A stretch of 20,622 nt of DNA from an uncultured Muribaculaceae bacterium (GTDB lineage Bacteria > Bacillota_I > Bacilli_A > RF39 > UBA660): the NCBI GenBank assembly GCA_964370475.1, contig CAYJJI010000017.1, positions 1-20,622 of the forward strand, written 5' to 3'. This document shows, piece by piece, positions 15,064-20,622 of the stretch (the stretch's first letter is position 1; each line of letters opens with the position of its first letter). The position numbers and the translations under genes are program-made. A model generated the notes under the pieces. That model did not search any database, was not told where the DNA came from, and worked only from the letters and a program-made list of their open reading frames with translations.

Positions 15064-16281
15064 GTGGCACAAATAAACGTTAAAGAATTAAATGATTATT
15101 TTAAATCTAAAAAAACTGGTTCAATGGAATTATTTTTTAAATACAAAAATGAAGAGTACGCTTTAACGTTGTATTTAGAAAAAGAAAAAGTATCTTTTCA
15201 AAAAATAAGTAAAGAGAATACCGATAAAGAAAAATATTATTACAACATTAATGATTTATTAAATGAAGAATATATTAATAAAGAAAAACTTATAGATATT
15301 TTTGATAAGTTCAATTTTTATGAAGAGTATAGTATAGAAGAAATTAAAAAAAATATTATTTCAAAAAAAGTGTATAGTTTATCAGGAAACATGTTAGATG
15401 GAATTAATGTATTTATAAATAACAAAAAAGCTGTATATAAATACAAACTTAATGAAAATAAAATAACCTTACAATTGAAAAATTATGTAGGTTTTAAAAA
15501 TTTAGAAGTAGTTTACGATGAAAATATATATCTTCATTTAAATAATGGCATAAATAATAATTATATCGATCCATGGAAATTTACTGTCGACTTAAAAAAA
15601 GAAATTAAAAAAATTATAATTATTGAATTTGAAATAAACTATAAATATTTTGTAAAAACAGTTTTCAAGTATATAAATAAATTTTTAGATAAAGATAATT
15701 TACTTTTAGAAATGAAACTGTTAAAAAATTTCAACATCTTTAATAATTATGCAGACGAAGTGGATAATCTCATATCTGAAATAGATTCTAAATCAATTAT
15801 AGATTTATTATTAGAAGAAAATAACGAATATGATAGAATATGCAAACTATTAATAAATAGTGAAATGTATAAAGAATTATATAATAAAATAGACTATAAA
15901 GATAAAATGTTAATTATAACTAATTATATTTCTTGTCCAAAACCTTTTGAAGTAAATCAAGAAGAATTTAATAAATTAGTAGAATCCGCAATTGAGTATA
16001 AAGTATCATTAGAATCTGTATGGAGACTCGCAATGTCTTATGATATGAGAAATTTAAACTATGATATAATTGATAGATTCTTTATAGATAAAAAAGATAT
16101 TTGGTATTTGGGTGAATATATAAGCGGAGTACAACAAATCAACACAGAAAATATAATAAATCTAATAATTAATACCAAAGATATTGAATATATAACTAAT
16201 ATACTTAATGATGAATGGGTTATAAATCATTTCAATAAAAATTGCATAGAAAAGTTAAAAAAGTATATAGAAAAAAGTTGA
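15064..16281 (+). CDS. Hypothetical cytoplasmic protein (405 aa, Asn/Lys/Ile-rich) with no recognised domain. GTG start.
   Basis: It is a long ORF with a strong RBS, and its stop codon is embedded in the left arm of the next hairpin. Confidence 0.5.
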   Translation: MAQINVKELNDYFKSKKTGSMELFFKYKNEEYALTLYLEKEKVSFQKISKENTDKEKYYYNINDLLNEEYINKEKLIDIFDKFNFYEEYSIEEIKKNIISKKVYSLSGNMLDGINVFINNKKAVYKYKLNENKITLQLKNYVGFKNLEVVYDENIYLHLNNGINNNYIDPWKFTVDLKKEIKKIIIIEFEINYKYFVKTVFKYINKFLDKDNLLLEMKLLKNFNIFNNYADEVDNLISEIDSKSIIDLLLEENNEYDRICKLLINSEMYKELYNKIDYKDKMLIITNYISCPKPFEVNQEEFNKLVESAIEYKVSLESVWRLAMSYDMRNLNYDIIDRFFIDKKDIWYLGEYISGVQQINTENIINLIINTKDIEYITNILNDEWVINHFNKNCIEKLKKYIEKS

Positions 16282-16357
16282 TAGGCATTAAATACATCAA
16301 CTTTTTTATTCGAAATTATTGTATAACAACTTAACTTCCTAATTGAAATAATTAGTA
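16271..16357 (+). repeat. Inter-cassette repeat module, degenerate copy (hairpin AAAAAAGTTGAT-aggcattaaatac-ATCAACTTTTTT, plus a remnant of the conserved block AACTTAACTTCCTAATTGAAATAATTAG).
   Basis: The outer 11 bp of the stem are conserved while the inner AGA/TCT part is replaced. The downstream block retains AACTTCCT..TTGAAATA. Confidence 0.55.
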
Positions 16358-16363
16358 GAAAAA

Positions 16364-16392
16364 TTGACTTTTTAAAAGTTATTAAATATAAT
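16364..16392 (+). promoter_or_regulatory. Near-consensus sigma-A promoter (TTGACT - 17 nt - TATAAT) for the 16423 gene.
   Basis: The sequence is TTGACTttttaaaagttattaaaTATAAT, with the RBS AAGGGAGA following. Confidence 0.5.
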
Positions 16393-16422
16393 ACACTTTA
16401 TATAAAAAGGGAGAAAAACTAT

Positions 16423-17313
16423 ATGAATAATTTATTTAATAGAGCTTTCATAACTGTAGATACAGCTAATTTGAAAAAAGAATTGGAAATTCCGATTCAA
16501 AGACCCAGAGGAATTTCTTTTAAACCTCGTAAAGGATTATGGGCAACCACTTATATTGGTGAAGATGGTAATATATGTGACTGGTTAAATTATATACAAA
16601 AATATCATAGAAATATGATGTTTAATAAAGCTTGTATCTTCACTTTAAAAAAAGATGCAAATATATATACTATAGACAATGTTGATTCAGTTATACAAGC
16701 TAGCATAAAATATCCTTCATTACATCATAAATTATTGCAATGTAATTCTTCTTTTAAACGCTCATTACCTAATAAGTTACCAATTAATTATGAAGCACTA
16801 CTTGATGAATATGATGGTGTTTACATAAATTTAGAAAATTTACCACATCAAATGTTAATTGAAGATGGTGAATTTAATAGGTTTGATGTTAATTCCTTAA
16901 TTATCTCAAATATAGATAGTATTGAACATTATCAAAGCTTGGCGTTATCAAAGGATGAAAACAATTTATATTCTATTTCTAGTATAAGTGAACACAAGCA
17001 TATTTCTTCATTAAACCCATTGTTTCTGTCAATTTTAGAAGAACTTAAAAATAAAGTTCAATTAGAAATAGAAAATAATCAATATTATCAATTACAAGAA
17101 AATTATGAAGACTGTTATAGAGAACTTGATGATTTAATTCATAGAGCAATCAATCGTATTTATTATCAATATGAAAGTGATTTTCATCAATTGAACTATG
17201 AATTAATGTGTAATGGATTTTACCCAATACAAGTTGTTATGTCACAAATAGTATTATCTGAACAACTAAGAAAAGGGGACCAAACTTACTTTAGAAGATA
17301 TTTAAATAAATGA
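16423..17313 (+). CDS. Hypothetical cytoplasmic protein (296 aa) with no recognised domain.
   Basis: ORF with RBS AAGGGAGA. It is immediately followed by an array hairpin. Confidence 0.5.
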   Translation: MNNLFNRAFITVDTANLKKELEIPIQRPRGISFKPRKGLWATTYIGEDGNICDWLNYIQKYHRNMMFNKACIFTLKKDANIYTIDNVDSVIQASIKYPSLHHKLLQCNSSFKRSLPNKLPINYEALLDEYDGVYINLENLPHQMLIEDGEFNRFDVNSLIISNIDSIEHYQSLALSKDENNLYSISSISEHKHISSLNPLFLSILEELKNKVQLEIENNQYYQLQENYEDCYRELDDLIHRAINRIYYQYESDFHQLNYELMCNGFYPIQVVMSQIVLSEQLRKGDQTYFRRYLNK

Positions 17314-17316
17314 ATT

Positions 17317-17420
17317 AAAAAGTTGATAGAAATTTAATCTATCAACTTTTATTATCTTAATAGGCGGTTTTAGTTGAAGTGGTTAACTTCATTTAAATAG
17401 CGTATAACTAAAATATTTTA
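17317..17420 (+). repeat. Inter-cassette repeat module, copy B (hairpin AAAAAGTTGATAGA-aatttaa-TCTATCAACTTTT + block taataggcGGTTTTAGTTGAAGTgGTTAACTTCaTTTAAATAGcGTATAACTaaAatATTTTa).
   Basis: It has a 13-bp perfect stem and a T-tract, and the conserved block aligns with copies C, D and E. An extended -10 TGaTATAAT lies at 17437-17445, and the RBS is TAGGAGA. Confidence 0.75.
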
Positions 17421-17492
17421 AACCTTTAATAGGTTGTGATATAATTTAACTGTATTAAAAATAAAAGTAAAAAAATTAATAGGAGATAAATA

Positions 17493-18449
17493 ATGAAAAA
17501 CAAAGAATATTTTTTTAAAATAATAATAAATTATTTAAATAAAAACAAAAAAATTAGAGTTAACAGATTTATTCAAAGTTTATATGATCAATATGGATAT
17601 GGTTATGACGAAATAAGCGATGCTAATTTATTGATGAGTTTACAAGGCTATAATATGAATTTAGAAATTCCTCTCTTAGCTACTGGGCAAAATGGTTATT
17701 TTAATGACCAAATAGAAAAAAATGGACTAACATCACAAACTTTAGATGAACAGGACTTAGAAGATGCAAAATTTATAGCAGAAAGTTTTGGGAAAAATAC
17801 AAATTATGGAAACAACAATGTTCCAATAAACTATATTACAATGCTCGGGTCTACTGAATTTAATTATGCTTCACAATCTTTTCCAGCAGGAATTTTGGAA
17901 GATGTTTTTCAGTGTAGTCCTAATCGAGATTTCCCTATACAATTGATTTTGGGTGAAAGAGAACAAGATTTTTATTTAAGATTGTTACATTTCCAAATGA
18001 AAAACATTGAAACTTTTGATACAAATAAAGAAATAGAAGTAATTAATAGAGCCAGAAGATTATTAGAAAATTTTTGTAAAAATAAAAACAGAGTATATAT
18101 AATTGGATTGGATGATGTTTTGAATTGCAAAGCTGCTGCTGGAGATGTTCTTGGTCTTAGAGATGGCAGTTTATCAAATGAAGAAGCGATAAACAAAATA
18201 GAATCTTTAGATACTTTTGAACAATTATTAAATAGTTTTAATATAGATTCAACAAACATGTTTCATGATCAAAATCTAAACGGAGAATATGGAATTTCTG
18301 TATATAGTCCAATACCTAGGAATAAATTAAGTTATATCGAAGTAGAAAGATCTTATATTTTATTGCAAAAGAGAGCCTTCGATTTAGGTTACAAGATTGG
18401 TGATGAAATATTAATACATGAAAAATCACAAGAACAACACATTAAATAA
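17493..18449 (+). CDS. Hypothetical cytoplasmic protein (318 aa) with no recognised domain.
   Basis: ORF with RBS AGGAGA. It is followed by an array hairpin. Confidence 0.5.
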   Translation: MKNKEYFFKIIINYLNKNKKIRVNRFIQSLYDQYGYGYDEISDANLLMSLQGYNMNLEIPLLATGQNGYFNDQIEKNGLTSQTLDEQDLEDAKFIAESFGKNTNYGNNNVPINYITMLGSTEFNYASQSFPAGILEDVFQCSPNRDFPIQLILGEREQDFYLRLLHFQMKNIETFDTNKEIEVINRARRLLENFCKNKNRVYIIGLDDVLNCKAAAGDVLGLRDGSLSNEEAINKIESLDTFEQLLNSFNIDSTNMFHDQNLNGEYGISVYSPIPRNKLSYIEVERSYILLQKRAFDLGYKIGDEILIHEKSQEQHIK

Positions 18450-18550
18450 AAAAGTTGATAGAATCTAATCTATCAACTTTTATTTTCCTAATGAACAGTT
18501 TTAGTAGAAGTTGTTAACTCATTTAAATAGAGTATAACTCTAACATTTTA
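18449..18550 (+). repeat. Inter-cassette repeat module, copy C (hairpin AAAAAGTTGATAGA-atctaa-TCTATCAACTTTT + block taatgaacAGTTTTAGTaGAAGTTGTTAACTcaTTTAAATAGAGTATAACTCTAACATTTTATAAATGCAA).
   Basis: The block contains the perfect palindrome TAGAGTATAACTCTA. Two -10 boxes follow: TATAAT at 18560-18565 and a TATGATACAAT element around 18612-18622. Confidence 0.75.
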
Positions 18551-18653
18551 TAAATGCAATATAATTTGTTAATCAATTTATAAAGTAAAGTATAATTCTG
18601 ATTTTGATTAAATCAATGATGTATGATACAATAACACTTAGGTGAATGTACTG

Positions 18654-19271
18654 ATGAATGAACAAATGTATAAAAATTTTGTCTATTGTTGTAATAGTGT
18701 AGCTATACAATTACACTTTGACAATAGTAATGATGGATATATCAATAATTTATTAGCTTTTGAAAATCATGATGGAACTTTTATAGATACAATTACTAAA
18801 AATAATAATATTATTAAAGGAACGCACTATGGTGTTTGTTTCACTATGGCTTGTTATATATTTAATTTGCTTACTGAGATGGGAGCTGAAGAATATTATT
18901 TAATGTCTTCTTCTAATGGTAGAGAACCAAATACGGTTGTTTTATATAAATATGATAATGAATATAAGATATGTGATTTAGGTAGAGGAGTTGTATTTTT
19001 CGAACGAAAAATTAATGATTTATTTGAAGGTTTAATTTCAAATGTAGTAGATATAAGTGATATGCAAAGTTTAAATGATTTAAAAACAGAAATAGGAAAT
19101 CAAAAATTTTATGATATATCGGTTGACGAGTATATAAAAATATATCCTAAAATAACTTGTGATGTTATATTACATAGTGGTAACGAAGATAAGCCATTTT
19201 TTGAAATTCCAAGAGTAAATATAGAAGAGTTTATACAAAATAAATTAAACAGTTCTAAAAGTGTTAAATAA
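18654..19271 (+). CDS. Hypothetical protein (about 205 aa; start ambiguous among ATG 18642, 18654 and 18666), with a possible Cys-centred motif (HYGVCFTMACY).
   Basis: GGTGA is at 18636-18640, and the spacing favours the ATG at 18654. No confident domain assignment can be made. Confidence 0.4.
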   Translation: MNEQMYKNFVYCCNSVAIQLHFDNSNDGYINNLLAFENHDGTFIDTITKNNNIIKGTHYGVCFTMACYIFNLLTEMGAEEYYLMSSSNGREPNTVVLYKYDNEYKICDLGRGVVFFERKINDLFEGLISNVVDISDMQSLNDLKTEIGNQKFYDISVDEYIKIYPKITCDVILHSGNEDKPFFEIPRVNIEEFIQNKLNSSKSVK

Positions 19272-19288
19272 TTTAAGAAGAATAAACT

Positions 19289-19316
19289 TTGACACATTAT
19301 AACAATTATATATAAT
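19289..19316 (+). promoter_or_regulatory. Consensus-like promoter (TTGACA - 16 nt - TATAAT) located immediately upstream of the copy-D hairpin.
   Basis: The sequence is TTGACAcattataacaattatataTATAAT. Transcripts would start inside or at the hairpin. Confidence 0.3.
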
Positions 19317-19412
19317 AAAAAAGTTGATAGAAATTAATCTATCAACTTTTATTTTTTTAATGGGGCAATTTTACTTGAAGTTGCTAACTTCCTTTAAATA
19401 GAGTATACCCGA
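19317..19412 (+). repeat. Inter-cassette repeat module, copy D (hairpin AAAAAAGTTGATAGA-aattaa-TCTATCAACTTTT + block taatggggcAaTTTTAcTTGAAGTTGCTAACTTCCTTTAAATAGAGTATAcCCgaAtATTTcgTAAATGCAAG).
   Basis: The inverted repeat GAAGTTgctaAACTTC is perfect here. An extended -10 TGaTATAAT lies at 19438-19445. Confidence 0.75.
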
Positions 19413-19462
19413 ATATTTCGTAAATGCAAGAAAATTTGATATAATTAATACGGGTGAAGAAT

Positions 19463-20008
19463 ATGGAAACACTTTATACTAGCAGACTAATATTAAAAAA
19501 AGGTAATTTAGATGATTATAAAAAAGTCTTTGAATACGACTTTAAAAAATTAATGAATGTTGATAATGTATTTGAATATGTAAAAAAAGATGACGATATT
19601 AGCGTTAAACAGTTAGAAATTATGGTTAATAGACCAGAAGAAAAAGATTATTATGAATATATAATATATCTAAAAGATACAAACGAACCAATTGGTCATA
19701 TTATTGCAGATAGAAAAAATAAAGAATATAATGCATTAGAACTAGGCTATGATTTACACCCTGATTATTGGAATAATGGATATATGACAGAGGCAACTGT
19801 TAAATTTATTAACTTTTTATTTTCAAGAGGTTATGATAATGTTTTAAGTGGATATGCAAAAGGTAATTTTAAATCCAAAGGATTACTAGAAAAACTAGGA
19901 TTTAAAGAATTTGAAGAGGGAATAATGTATGTATCACCAACAAAAACTGTTCCACAGTATCATTGTATATTAAGTAAAGATATTTTTATGAAGACTATTA
20001 TTATGTAG
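19463..20008 (+). CDS. GNAT-family N-acetyltransferase (RimJ/RimL-like, Acetyltransf_3 type).
   Basis: The GNAT core reads ...NALELGYDLHPDYWNNGYMTEATVKFINFLFSRGYDNVLSGYAKGNFKSKGLLEKLGFKEFEEG. GGGTGAAG precedes the ATG at 19463 (the ORF track's GTG at 19454 is less likely). Confidence 0.75.
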   Translation: METLYTSRLILKKGNLDDYKKVFEYDFKKLMNVDNVFEYVKKDDDISVKQLEIMVNRPEEKDYYEYIIYLKDTNEPIGHIIADRKNKEYNALELGYDLHPDYWNNGYMTEATVKFINFLFSRGYDNVLSGYAKGNFKSKGLLEKLGFKEFEEGIMYVSPTKTVPQYHCILSKDIFMKTIIM

Positions 20009-20037
20009 GTAAATGGTCAAGAGAAGTAGAAAACTTT

Positions 20038-20514
20038 ATGTATTCATTTTGTGAAATATATCCAATTGAAGATGGAGAAGTACCAGAATATATTTTTATG
20101 GATGATAAAGTAAACAGAGCATTTAAATTATGTGAAAAAACAAACGAAAATGTTATTAGAATAGCTATATATAATGTGAAAGGTGAAGTTGTATATGAAA
20201 AAAAGTATGTGGTATATACAAATGAAAATATAAATTCTGAAATTACTGAAAAATTATATAGATTATGTGTTGATAACTATGATAGAATAACTCCAAGTGA
20301 CAAATATAGGGATAAGGTATTAAAATTACTAAAAAAAGATTTAGAAAATTTTGAATGTATTGTAGCAATATATGAGGATGATAATTTAATAGGATATTCA
20401 GCAGGTAATGGATACCTTGAACAGATTTGTGTTGTAAAAAAATATGATAATAGAAAGTTAAAAAAAGTATTGATTGATTATATATCGGAAAATAAATTTT
20501 TAAAAATAAAATAA
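20038..20514 (+). CDS. Hypothetical small protein (158 aa), possibly a second GNAT-like fold (weak), co-transcribed with the upstream acetyltransferase.
   Basis: It starts 30 nt after the GNAT gene with no intervening repeat module. The C-terminal segment LIGYSAGNGYLEQICVVKKYDNRKLKKVLIDYI is loosely GNAT-like. Confidence 0.35.
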   Translation: MYSFCEIYPIEDGEVPEYIFMDDKVNRAFKLCEKTNENVIRIAIYNVKGEVVYEKKYVVYTNENINSEITEKLYRLCVDNYDRITPSDKYRDKVLKLLKKDLENFECIVAIYEDDNLIGYSAGNGYLEQICVVKKYDNRKLKKVLIDYISENKFLKIK

Positions 20515-20525
20515 TAAACGAGAAA

Positions 20526-20622
20526 TAAAAAAGTTGATAGAAACTAATCTATCAACTTTTATTTTCCTAATGGGGCAGTTTTAGTTGAAGTTGCTAACTT
20601 CCTTTGAATAGAGTATAACTCA
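20526..20622 (+). repeat. Inter-cassette repeat module, copy E (hairpin AAAAAAGTTGATAGA-aactaa-TCTATCAACTTTT + block taatggggcAGTTTTAGTTGAAGTTGCTAACTTCCTTTgAATAGAGTATAACTCa), truncated by the window end.
   Basis: It is near-identical to copy D over 90 nt. Confidence 0.75.

Noticed and set aside
18488-18530. Leader-peptide attenuator within the conserved block (ATG just after the hairpin).
   Set aside because: The tiny ORFs differ between copies (MNSFSRSC* in C, MGQF* in D/E, no ATG in B), so there is no conserved peptide.
14915-20564. Integron-like cassette array, with the hairpins acting as attC sites.
   Set aside because: The hairpins are perfect palindromes with no extrahelical bases. 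The arms do not fit the attC R''/R' core consensus (RYYYAAC / GTTRRRY). Every cassette carries its own promoter and RBS, and no intI is visible. An integron is therefore unlikely, although recombination at the repeats is still plausible.
14955-20622. The conserved block begins with GTTTTAG..., reminiscent of type II CRISPR repeats, and the units repeat regularly.
   Set aside because: The repeat copies are ~100 bp long and are separated by 0.6-1.2-kb protein-coding genes, not by 30-bp spacers. There are no cas genes. This is not a CRISPR array.

Overview
This is a 20.6-kb window from a very AT-rich (probably under 30% GC) low-GC Gram-positive-type genome. It uses the standard code with TGA as a stop, has strong AGGAGG-type RBSs, and nearly all genes are on the + strand.

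The left 5 kb looks like core genome:
- the 3' end of nrdD (class III anaerobic ribonucleotide reductase), whose glycyl-radical module is split off by one in-frame TAA into a separate 59-codon ORF with its own RBS;
- an RluA-family pseudouridine synthase;
- an SPFH/band-7 protein translationally coupled to an HD-domain protein;
- a LemA-family membrane protein fused to a long disordered linker and a C-terminal Cys4 zinc ribbon;
- a minus-strand tRNA-Asn(GTT) with a consensus sigma-A promoter and a shared bidirectional terminator.

To the right of the tRNA the content becomes accessory-like:
- an orphan single-domain ClpA/B-type D1 AAA+ ATPase;
- a convergent PAP2 phosphatase;
- an ABC exporter followed by an 854-aa secreted protein that has a TasA/camelysin-like N-terminal motif and a C-terminal FGE/SUMF1-like domain;
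- an HD phosphohydrolase divergent from an NT5C-type deoxyribonucleotidase.

The most unusual structure starts at about 12.7 kb and runs to the window end. It is a co-oriented array of at least seven single-gene cassettes, mostly unrelated hypothetical proteins ending in a GNAT acetyltransferase. Each cassette boundary carries a repeated ~100-bp module:
- a 13-bp-stem perfect hairpin, AAAAAGTTGATAGA-N7-TCTATCAACTTTT;
- a ~60-bp conserved block containing two inverted repeats (GAAGTT-N4-AACTTC around a GTTAAC/GCTAAC core, and TAGAGTATAACTCTA) just upstream of each cassette's own -10 box.

A decayed paralogue of one cassette gene, sharing the 3' end and hairpin of the 12752 gene, shows the array has undergone duplication or recombination at these modules. 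No recombinase, CRISPR array or rRNA is present in the window. All protein annotations come from motif recognition by eye, not from database searches.
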